Shown here one piece after another: positions 27,487-35,522 of a stretch of DNA of 42,509 nt (its first letter is position 1; each line of letters starts with the position of its first letter). Both the position numbers and the translations under genes were made by a program. The notes below the pieces were generated by a model that had not been told where the DNA came from, did no database searches, and was given only the letters and a program-made list of their open reading frames with translations. Source of the DNA: a virus (taxonomy: Duplodnaviria > Caudoviricetes); IMG/VR virus record IMGVR_UViG_3300037424_002202, positions 1-42,509 of that record, one strand, 5' to 3'.

Positions 27487-27942
27487 TTAAAGAATTTCAG
27501 CGTACATACCGGCATGTTCAAGAGTAATCTGCCATTTAGCGATGTCTTCATTCGCAGCAGCCAAATCACTAAACATTATGTTCTTAACCCATGCGCCGAC
27601 GAATGCAAACCGTGCAACCTCTGTTGCAAATTCGATTTTTATAATCGCACCATTACGACGAGCAGACGAGCCAAGAGCGGCAGACGGATCATTATAATCG
27701 AACATTTGCTTAAACCAGTCAAGCCACGCCTGATCATTAACCGAACCATCAGCATACCGGACCAATACAAGCGGTGGCCATTTTACAAGGCCAGACGACA
27801 TCTTATCAACAATATTGGTTCCAGCGTCAGCCACTTCGATTGTGCCGGTTTCACCAAGCGAAAGGCCAGTTATTTCGTCGATTCCAGGCGAAGAGATACC
27901 ATCAATCTCAACGAGGAAATGATTATTTTTCCACTTTTCCAT
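27487..27942 (-). CDS. Tail tube protein (T4 gp19 / eCIS tube family)
   Basis: F.VEIDG, GL, WLDW, RRNGAI, AWV....SDL.A; 151 aa. Confidence 0.92.
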   Translation of the reverse strand: MEKWKNNHFLVEIDGISSPGIDEITGLSLGETGTIEVADAGTNIVDKMSSGLVKWPPLVLVRYADGSVNDQAWLDWFKQMFDYNDPSAALGSSARRNGAIIKIEFATEVARFAFVGAWVKNIMFSDLAAANEDIAKWQITLEHAGMYAEIL

Positions 27943-27968
27943 ATTATTTTGTCCTTCTTAAAAATTTA

Positions 27969-28280
27969 TTATCTAATTCCACCAATAGAGTTTAATCTTG
28001 CTAATGCTTTATTTCCGGCTTGCGCTCTTCGCAACGATGCTGTCACGCCTCTACTTGCACCTGTCGGCAAACCAGCACGTTTAAGAGCGGATTTCTTCAT
28101 CTGATTAACTAAACGCTGCGCTTGACTTGTAATATGTTTTGACCTTCGCCCTTGCCTAATCACTTTCGTCAATTTTGCAATAAGACGAGCATTAGCCTTT
28201 GCTCTTAATACCTTACTACCACCTTTACCAGCGTGTGTCAAACCACCTAAACGACCTGCTTCAGCATGCGACATTCCCAT
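27969..28280 (-). CDS. Small, very basic Gly/Ala/Arg/Lys-rich protein
   Basis: 103 aa with one acidic residue; N-terminal SHAEAGRLGG. Confidence 0.75.
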   Translation of the reverse strand: MGMSHAEAGRLGGLTHAGKGGSKVLRAKANARLIAKLTKVIRQGRRSKHITSQAQRLVNQMKKSALKRAGLPTGASRGVTASLRRAQAGNKALARLNSIGGIR

Positions 28281-28286
28281 AACAAA

Positions 28287-28679
28287 CTATCCTTCATTAA
28301 CTTGTGAAAATTCGGTTTTAGACAAATAATTCAATATGCTAGCAATAAAAATATCGTTCGGTGATTGCACTTTTTCAACAATGCCTGCCCATTTATTACA
28401 AATCGTACAGAGTAGCCCACGTATTTTACCAGATCTATGACAATGGTCAACACAGGCGGTTCCCATTGTTAATACTTTGCCACAACACGCGCACAAAAAA
28501 TTTTGGTCAATCAACATGCGTATAACGTACGCCATATATCTACCATTAGCGCGTTCTTTATCATGCGCTTGCACACAGTCTTTACAGTCTGGTCTCACAC
28601 CAAATCTACAGTCCAATGATTTGTGAAATCGATCAATATTCTTCTCAATCCCACATTTAGAGCATACTTTAGCCTTCAT
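28287..28679 (-). CDS. Endonuclease VII-type homing endonuclease
   Basis: Likely start MKAKVCSKC overlapping the sheath stop; CACC, VDHCH.SGKIRGLLCTICN. Confidence 0.9.
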   Translation of the reverse strand: MKAKVCSKCGIEKNIDRFHKSLDCRFGVRPDCKDCVQAHDKERANGRYMAYVIRMLIDQNFLCACCGKVLTMGTACVDHCHRSGKIRGLLCTICNKWAGIVEKVQSPNDIFIASILNYLSKTEFSQVNEG

Positions 28680-30183
28680 TAATTTGCGATGCTCCTGACC
28701 TTTGTTGCGAAATAGATATTTCAACAGTCTCAGCAGGCTTCGAGGGATAAAGGCTAATATCCAAATGGAAATTACCCAAATCAATTTCAGTCTGCGAGTT
28801 ATTTGTCTCATCGCACAAAATCGTAAACAAATCAGCCGGACGACCCGAACCAAACGCGCCTTCTTTATGCAAACCAAGCATAAAGGGCAACACCACGTCT
28901 TTTGCCACTTTCCGACGCAAACGTGCATCATTGGGTTCTTGCTGTACCCACATCAAACCCGATTTCAATTCGCGCTTGATAAAATTGAACAAATTACGCA
29001 CGTTAACGTAACGCCAACGAGTATCTTTTGACAACGTGCGTGAGACCATGACCACAACGCCATATCCAGGAATCGAACGAATCGCGTTAATTCCAGAATC
29101 AGCCAACGTTGTTAAATTTGTGTCATTGATCACATCAACATCAACGCCAATCGCTCCACGCAACGAACCATCAATAACACCCGCAGGGGCTTTATGAATT
29201 CCACGCGAACGCCAAACCCGCGCATACATACCAGCAACATGCCCATCAGCCGGAATTGTCTTAACTGGATTCTGGACCGTTCCGATCGGATCAATAACCG
29301 AAATCCAACCAAAATAACAGGCGGAATAAGAAATCGTTTCTTGACGAGTGACACCTGCAGCAGCAGCCGCCGATACAGCAGTACCAACCGGTAGAGAAAC
29401 AATTCCAGTAATTGTACCACGAGTGGCGCAATAATCTTCAAGAGAACCTTGAAATGTAGAATCCTGTGCTTCAGGACAAATCAAATGCGTAATTTCTTTT
29501 GGATCAAACGCGTAAAGACCAGTACCACCGCCAGAATTTCCCTGCAAATCAGCAGTTGCGGGGGCAGCCGGATCAGAACCACCAGTCAAAGCCGTTGCCG
29601 ACTGCACTGTTGGATTATTGTCCGGTGCTGCTGTAGCAGACGCTAAATTTGTCAACTTAACAAATTCAGAACCATTGTCCACGTTATTTAAGGCCGTTTC
29701 TGCTGTTCCTGGAGTGAGACCACGCCAAATTTCTTTAACTGTGCCACTCAACAGAATAGTCAAGTCAAACAAAGCAGAATTTGATGCATTGTTGGCAATC
29801 GTTACTGTCAAGTCATTGCCCCACGCGCTCTTATCAACCGATCCACGATAACCGGCCTCAATTTTCAAAGTATCAATTGGAGTGGCTGCCCGATCACTAA
29901 GAGTAACCGATGCAGCAGCACCGCCAGTGCCAAATGTACGCACCACATACGCTTGACGACCACCATTTAAACGATAGCCAGTATAAGCATAGGCCGCATA
30001 GCCAGTAGTGATATTATCACCAAAAATACGTTTAAATTCGGCTTCACCTGTAATAAGAACGGGTTTATTCTGTGGCCCACGCTCAGTAACACCAAGAATA
30101 CCAAGAACCATTTCATTAGAACCAGCCAATGCTGGAATTCCCTGGTCTGTGCGTTCCGTTACGTTTATACCAATTAAAGCCAT
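28669..30183 (-). CDS. Tail sheath protein
   Basis: GVTERGP.NKP.LI, P.DGHVAG..AR, HKAPA, GINAIR, RTLS..WRYVNVR, EPND. Confidence 0.96.
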   Translation of the reverse strand: MALIGINVTERTDQGIPALAGSNEMVLGILGVTERGPQNKPVLITGEAEFKRIFGDNITTGYAAYAYTGYRLNGGRQAYVVRTFGTGGAAASVTLSDRAATPIDTLKIEAGYRGSVDKSAWGNDLTVTIANNASNSALFDLTILLSGTVKEIWRGLTPGTAETALNNVDNGSEFVKLTNLASATAAPDNNPTVQSATALTGGSDPAAPATADLQGNSGGGTGLYAFDPKEITHLICPEAQDSTFQGSLEDYCATRGTITGIVSLPVGTAVSAAAAAGVTRQETISYSACYFGWISVIDPIGTVQNPVKTIPADGHVAGMYARVWRSRGIHKAPAGVIDGSLRGAIGVDVDVINDTNLTTLADSGINAIRSIPGYGVVVMVSRTLSKDTRWRYVNVRNLFNFIKRELKSGLMWVQQEPNDARLRRKVAKDVVLPFMLGLHKEGAFGSGRPADLFTILCDETNNSQTEIDLGNFHLDISLYPSKPAETVEISISQQRSGASQINEG

Positions 30184-30659
30184 GTGTAAACTCCTTTATT
30201 ATCAGACATGTGCAAATACTCAAGCGCATTCTGAACAAAAATTGGATTTTTTTCTACTATACCAAGATGTCTGTTGCATTTTTGGCACAATAGACCTCGA
30301 ATTTTACCTGTTCTATGATTATGATCCACACAAGCCGTTATCATATTTAACTGTTTATTACACAGTTTACAGCAAAAACTTTGCTCTATTAACATTTGTT
30401 CTTTTTGCTGTATGGTGAGACCACATAACCTTTGTAAATCATAACTCTTGTATTTATTGGGGTTTCTTTTCCTGTCAGTTCTCTGATAGATTGCGGCATC
30501 CCCGCGTTCTTTTCTGCGCAAAATCGCCCTAACACTTGTACAGACTTTACAAATTGATTTATGCTTAAACAGCCCTGTTAAATGCCAAGAAAAGCGAGAC
30601 AACAATTTTGTGGTGCCACACCTGGAACATGGCCTTCTCAATAAATTAATTTCTATCAT
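30174..30659 (-). CDS. Endonuclease VII-type homing endonuclease
   Basis: CKLC, VDHNH.TGKIRGLLCQKCN..LG; 3' end overlaps the sheath start. Confidence 0.9.
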   Translation of the reverse strand: MIEINLLRRPCSRCGTTKLLSRFSWHLTGLFKHKSICKVCTSVRAILRRKERGDAAIYQRTDRKRNPNKYKSYDLQRLCGLTIQQKEQMLIEQSFCCKLCNKQLNMITACVDHNHRTGKIRGLLCQKCNRHLGIVEKNPIFVQNALEYLHMSDNKGVYTWL

Positions 30660-30934
30660 TACACAAGCCTAATCTTGTTTTGGGCTTTTAAGCCTTTAAA
30701 GTGATCTGAAACCTCAATTTGATTTTTAAAGGCTTCATCTATTTCTCTTATTTCATGCGGACCAAGTTGAATTACCGTAACACCATTATTGTCTACAATT
30801 TGAACCGGGCCATTATGGGAATTATAAATTTCCCAAAGCTTTCGTGCAGGTGGTAAAATGGGCTTTTGCCCAGAAATAGCTCGAACCGCATTAGCGGCTT
30901 CTTGCTGTCTTTGAGACAATCTAACTTTTTTCAT
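30659..30934 (-). CDS. Hypothetical virion protein
   Basis: 91 aa between tail terminator and sheath. Confidence 0.7.
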   Translation of the reverse strand: MKKVRLSQRQQEAANAVRAISGQKPILPPARKLWEIYNSHNGPVQIVDNNGVTVIQLGPHEIREIDEAFKNQIEVSDHFKGLKAQNKIRLV

Positions 30935-30984
30935 TCATATATTCCTACATTACCCTATTTATACACTATTTTCCAAAGTTTTCG

Positions 30985-31611
30985 TCATGGTTCAATAGTT
31001 TGTGTTTCTGTGCTGTCGGCCTCATTGCTAAAACGGCCTTTAGCATTAGTATACTCAATTACAATGTTATTGAAAACTGTCTTTATATCGGTATACGTGG
31101 GCATTTCGAGCAGCACCCAAACCTCAAGCACTACCTGCAAAACAAACTCTTTCTGTTCGTAATCGAGATTTTGATTTTCAGAAATTCGATTAACATAGAA
31201 ATTCTTAGACGACACCGTCACATACTGATGTGGCGGAAAGGCATACGCGAAGAATTCTTGCATTTCCCTAAACACACGAGCATCTTGAGCATAGCCAAAA
31301 ATCGAATAATTTAATCTATATGGTTGATTTGGATTTGTTCTACGTTTAGTGGAAGAATCGACTGTGCTTAGTATTGGTTCTTGTGAAAAGCGGCGAACAT
31401 CAAATTCAAAAGAATCAGGAACAACTACCCATGCTGGATATGAAATCGCTTGAAATTCTTCATCTGGGCCAACCATTTTGGCCGGAATAGCTTTTTCACG
31501 TTCACGAGCATCACCAGGATAGACAATACATTGCTCATGGAACTTATTAAATATAGCCGTATCAGTAAGAGTAAGCGTATTAACTAATACGCCGGTATTA
31601 TAGGTTGACAT
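30985..31611 (-). CDS. Probable tail terminator / sheath cap
   Basis: Position upstream of sheath; YPA, FD..R, P...LNY.I pattern. Confidence 0.6.
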   Translation of the reverse strand: MSTYNTGVLVNTLTLTDTAIFNKFHEQCIVYPGDAREREKAIPAKMVGPDEEFQAISYPAWVVVPDSFEFDVRRFSQEPILSTVDSSTKRRTNPNQPYRLNYSIFGYAQDARVFREMQEFFAYAFPPHQYVTVSSKNFYVNRISENQNLDYEQKEFVLQVVLEVWVLLEMPTYTDIKTVFNNIVIEYTNAKGRFSNEADSTETQTIEP

Positions 31612-31630
31612 ATTTTTTGTACCCGATTTT

Positions 31631-32311
31631 TCATTTTAATTGTAGCATAACATTGCTAAAGGAAAGATCTGTAGCACCATCCCCATTAATACCCACAATT
31701 CTAATAAACACGTCAGCTTTAGCGGCCAATGTTATTAATATATACGGACTTGCGAGAGTGCCGCCAAACGTTGGAAATGGGCCAAGTTTGGGACCGCTAA
31801 CACCATCTAAATAATCCCAAACAGCACCATTTAAAGAATATTGAATACGAATTTCAAAATAGGAGGAAAAATTAACCCCCATTTCACGCGCAACCAATCT
31901 TGCCCATGTAAAATTGGTTAAATCCAATTTTGTTCTATAAATGGTTTGTCCACCAACAAATTCCGTTAACGCTACTGGAACATCAGTCCATAATTTTTGT
32001 TCACTAACCAACGTTATACATAGTGGGTAGGATTTAACTTGTAGATTCCATTGATTGCTACTGAAAAAATAAAAAGAATCTTCGTCTTCGACCCATACTT
32101 TCCAGCCCTCAGACGATTCCAACATTTTCCACAAATTGCCATCCCAGTATGTAATATAATTTTGGAATCCCGCCCAAGCTCCAGATGGACTTTGACCAAT
32201 AATATACCTGTCTCCTTTATTTGGGGAAACAGGCGGTATAGATAAATCTCTATCCTTTACTGGAGCTTGCCAAGAAAAACTATCTGCAGAAGGTATTAAG
32301 TAAACCGACAC
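31631..32311 (-). CDS. DUF2793-like domain protein with extra C-terminal domain
   Basis: P.KGDRYII...SGAWAG....I..WDG..W....EGW.VWVEDE. Confidence 0.8.
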   Translation of the reverse strand: MSVYLIPSADSFSWQAPVKDRDLSIPPVSPNKGDRYIIGQSPSGAWAGFQNYITYWDGNLWKMLESSEGWKVWVEDEDSFYFFSSNQWNLQVKSYPLCITLVSEQKLWTDVPVALTEFVGGQTIYRTKLDLTNFTWARLVAREMGVNFSSYFEIRIQYSLNGAVWDYLDGVSGPKLGPFPTFGGTLASPYILITLAAKADVFIRIVGINGDGATDLSFSNVMLQLK

Positions 32312-32314
32312 TTA

Positions 32315-32653
32315 TTAAACTTCAGCGATTAATGTTCCCAAATCGGCATCAAATGTCAGCGTCGTTCCAGAATCAAGCTTTGCCCATACTGTTCCGTTGA
32401 AAGTATACTGAAGCAATTCATCTTCAACATAGGTGGTCCAACCAGGAGCCGGAACATCAAATTTCCATTGTGTTCCGTCATACCACGCTATATTATTTTC
32501 TTGACCAGTCCAAGGTCCGGATGCTGGAGACGCAACAATATAACGATCACCTTTAGCTGGAGCACTTACTGGACCAGACGTTAAATCTTTGTCAATTACA
32601 GGTGGTTGGTACGCAAATTTTTCTAATACTGGAATACGATACGGTGTGGCCAT
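32315..32653 (-). CDS. DUF2793-like domain protein
   Basis: P.KGDRYIV...ASG.W.GQ...IAWYDG..W.F..P..GW..YVEDE. Confidence 0.85.
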   Translation of the reverse strand: MATPYRIPVLEKFAYQPPVIDKDLTSGPVSAPAKGDRYIVASPASGPWTGQENNIAWYDGTQWKFDVPAPGWTTYVEDELLQYTFNGTVWAKLDSGTTLTFDADLGTLIAEV

Positions 32654-32668
32654 AACACTTTCCTTTAT

Positions 32669-32881
32669 TTAATTGTTTACTATATAAACACCAAGTTGCT
32701 CATCAAACTTGGCATGTTTACTCTGTGGAACGGGATAAGCAACGCCTAACACCGTCTCTAATTCATACAATTTAATTTTACCAATTTGCGGCTTTAATGG
32801 CAATAAAGCCATCAAAGCAAGCAATTCATCATACAATTCTTTAATACGTTTCAGAATTCGTTGAAGATCTATTTCCGACAT
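32669..32881 (-). CDS. Small hypothetical protein
   Basis: 70 aa; C-terminal FD.QLG resembles the FD.DLG end of the next gene. Confidence 0.7.
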   Translation of the reverse strand: MSEIDLQRILKRIKELYDELLALMALLPLKPQIGKIKLYELETVLGVAYPVPQSKHAKFDEQLGVYIVNN

Positions 32882-33022
32882 AAACTTTTTTTACTACGTT
32901 CCTTTAATTTTATATACACTCTTTGTAAGTGAATGATAAACGTTATCAATGAGAACATTTTAACACTACACAAAGAAGCACAAATCTTTTAATCGTAGAT
33001 ATTTTTATTTAGTGTGCTAAAA

Positions 33023-33565
33023 TTAAAACTCGACTTCGATCCTTATTATATTACGCCCACCACGACCTTTACCAACATTAAAGCCCTCTTGTTCAGAATA
33101 GAATTTCCGAATGAAGTCTTTCACAAATTTAGGATAATCTTGCACAGCCTGGGCAGCGGTGGCCGCCCACAAAGGACGCGGTGGCAGTCCATTTTGTGGT
33201 GAGCCAAATTCAAGGATACTGGCTAATTCAACATAAGATAAACCAGTGCCTTTGTGCCGCGTTTTCGGAACCGTTACATACCAAAAATCGCCAACCTTTC
33301 TGACTCGAATACTACGAATTAAAGCACCAGTAGCAACAAACATTTTTGGCGACAAGCCTTTGCGCTTTTTAAAACTAAGGTATTTTGGAGACAAGGAAGG
33401 AAATTTTCCTGTATATTTTTGATTATAGACGCGCCATTTTAATTGATTGTGGATTCGAGTAGCAAATGCTTTTGGCAATTCCTTTGTTAAACGCCGCGAT
33501 GTTACCTCAATATCACGCAAAAAAACTTGGATATTTTCAGGTCCTTGAATTTCAATGCCAAACAT
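33023..33565 (-). CDS. Neck/tail completion protein (Mu gpG / HK97 gp10-like)
   Basis: LSPKY...K, TG.L..SI, A.ILEFGS....PPRP. Confidence 0.82.
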   Translation of the reverse strand: MFGIEIQGPENIQVFLRDIEVTSRRLTKELPKAFATRIHNQLKWRVYNQKYTGKFPSLSPKYLSFKKRKGLSPKMFVATGALIRSIRVRKVGDFWYVTVPKTRHKGTGLSYVELASILEFGSPQNGLPPRPLWAATAAQAVQDYPKFVKDFIRKFYSEQEGFNVGKGRGGRNIIRIEVEF

Positions 33566-34066
33566 TTAGATTCTGCCTGATCTCTTAATACATCCGAAAT
33601 TCCAACAAAGATTTTTGATTAGACCAGTATCGCCTTCCACCAACCAGTCATGCGTCAAATCAATAATATCATATTCAACACCGGCAATATCTATTCGGTC
33701 CGACGCTTCATCGGGAATAATACTGTTTTCCTCAATGGTTTTAGCCGCAATAGTGACAATTAAATCCGTTTTCTTGTCTAAACCCAATGCGCGTAAATCC
33801 GCCTGCCTTGGATTTTGATTTACAATCGCCATTAGATTTATTTCAGTATAAAGTTTATCGTCAGAAACGGATCCAACAAACGCTGGTTGCGGATAAAGCG
33901 GATCTTGTTCGACCGCATCATCCATTGAATACGACGAACTACCAAATTCAACAATTTGCTTTAGAATTTTATAGTCAACTAAAACACCAGACGTGCGGAC
34001 CGCTTTCTGAAAATCAATGCGAAGACGTTCAACTACCGCTCTTGAAAATCGGTGACTCACGCCCAT
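33566..34066 (-). CDS. Probable head closure/stopper protein
   Basis: Position; DRI.I.GVEYDI pattern. Confidence 0.6.
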   Translation of the reverse strand: MGVSHRFSRAVVERLRIDFQKAVRTSGVLVDYKILKQIVEFGSSSYSMDDAVEQDPLYPQPAFVGSVSDDKLYTEINLMAIVNQNPRQADLRALGLDKKTDLIVTIAAKTIEENSIIPDEASDRIDIAGVEYDIIDLTHDWLVEGDTGLIKNLCWNFGCIKRSGRI

Positions 34067-34504
34067 TTATCTACCGTCCCGATCATACTGATACAAATAT
34101 AAAGCAGCCTGTAACATTGTATGAAAACTATCCCTAAACAATCCTAGTGCTCTGTTACATTGCGGACAAATTAAACCCCTAAGAAATCCAGTATTGTGGT
34201 TATGGTCTGGAACCAAATCATTTCCAACGCAAGCCCTACAAATTAAACATAAACCCAATTGATCTATTACCATATTTTCAAACTCATCCCAAGTTAAAAA
34301 TTTATTTGTCTTAGGATTGACTATTTTATACTGACGCCATTTTTGCTCTATTACTTTCTCCGGATTGCACTCTCGCCATTTGCGACGATTTTCTTTATTT
34401 CGTTCACGATTTCTATTTCTGTATTCTTTTCTTTGTTTAATAACTTTCTCTGAATGTTTTTTTCTATAACGTCTTGTACGCTCTACTTGATTTTTCTGCA
34501 CCAT
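34067..34504 (-). CDS. Endonuclease VII-type homing endonuclease
   Basis: Basic N-terminus, CLIC, DHNH.TG.LRGLICPQCNRALG. Confidence 0.9.
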   Translation of the reverse strand: MVQKNQVERTRRYRKKHSEKVIKQRKEYRNRNRERNKENRRKWRECNPEKVIEQKWRQYKIVNPKTNKFLTWDEFENMVIDQLGLCLICRACVGNDLVPDHNHNTGFLRGLICPQCNRALGLFRDSFHTMLQAALYLYQYDRDGR

Positions 34505-35043
34505 TATGTACCACTATTATTAAATCGCTCGTAGTCGCGATCAGAATCTTGACGAGTGTATCTTCGATTTTTCGTCAATCGTCCAACACGAACACCACGT
34601 TGTGATCTCATATCCGTCAAACGCTGTGAATAATTCATTGATACGCCACCAGCATTAATTGCAGATGGCATTTCCAACGTATCAATCATTTCCTGACGAG
34701 TTACAACAACAACATACAACTTATCATATTCCGTAACTACAACGCCATCAATTGTACCTTCCCACACAATAAGATAAACACCAATACTCCACGTTTCATT
34801 AGTAGTCAAAGCGTACGTGTACTTTTGTAAACTTGAATCATATGTTACATTTTGATTAATCAGCATCGCATCGTCATAACTCAACGTAGGATAAACCTCT
34901 GGAACCGTATCCCATTCAGTTTCATCAGTCAACGGATGAATTGTAACTTTTACTTGTGTTGAAGATACTTTTGCTTCTTTACTACGAACAAAAATATGCT
35001 CAAGGGTTACTGTCCCATCGGGTTTACATTCAAAAACTCTCAT
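34504..35043 (-). CDS. Probable head-tail adaptor/neck protein with Ig-like N-terminus
   Basis: Position after the capsid; GVY...W.G beta pattern; SI.AGGVS.NY. Confidence 0.55.
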   Translation of the reverse strand: MRVFECKPDGTVTLEHIFVRSKEAKVSSTQVKVTIHPLTDETEWDTVPEVYPTLSYDDAMLINQNVTYDSSLQKYTYALTTNETWSIGVYLIVWEGTIDGVVVTEYDKLYVVVVTRQEMIDTLEMPSAINAGGVSMNYSQRLTDMRSQRGVRVGRLTKNRRYTRQDSDRDYERFNNSGT

Positions 35044-35063
35044 TTAATTCTGCTTGTTCTCAA

Positions 35064-35393
35064 TTATTTAATTAAACCGGCCTTCTTTAGAACCTTAAAG
35101 ATTTCACTAGAAACACGCTGAGACTTACCTGATTCAAATGTATATTTCTTGCCACCATACCAAAATGAATGATACTCAGACAAAATAACAAGCTCGCCTT
35201 CCAGCTTAGGCTCCTGTCTTGGTGCAACGAGCGAAATTGGCTTGTGCATTGTTTGCTGAACCAATTTAGCGGCTACCTGTTGCCTATTCGTGGCTGTATG
35301 CGTTGTGGCCTTAGGCTGCTCATATGCTGCTTTTGGGGCAGACGCTTTGGTCAGGTCCATATCAGTTTCTTTGGGATTTTCTTTAGACGACAT
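35064..35393 (-). CDS. Hypothetical capsid-adjacent protein
   Basis: 109 aa; low-complexity N-terminus, compact C-terminal domain. Confidence 0.75.
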   Translation of the reverse strand: MSSKENPKETDMDLTKASAPKAAYEQPKATTHTATNRQQVAAKLVQQTMHKPISLVAPRQEPKLEGELVILSEYHSFWYGGKKYTFESGKSQRVSSEIFKVLKKAGLIK

Positions 35394-35459
35394 TGTTTCT
35401 AATCCTTCTACTAAATAGAGTTATGTTTTCATCGTTCACAGCGTTTGTACACCAAAGTA

Positions 35460-35485
35460 AAAGGGGCATCACGTGATGCCCCTTT
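35460..35485 (-). terminator. Terminator after the major capsid gene (perfect 26-bp palindrome)
   Basis: AAAGGGGCATCACGTGATGCCCCTTT then TACTTT. Confidence 0.85.
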
Positions 35486-35522
35486 AAGTCCTATTTTAAT
35501 CAAAAACCACAACCACGTACGT

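Noticed and set aside
28680-28931. Long N-terminal extension of the 28287 endonuclease
   Set aside because: It lies wholly within the sheath gene; ATG at 28679 gives a family-typical start
15960-31611. Stand-alone bacterial eCIS or tailocin locus
   Set aside because: It is contiguous with capsid, scaffold, neck and replication genes, so it is a phage tail
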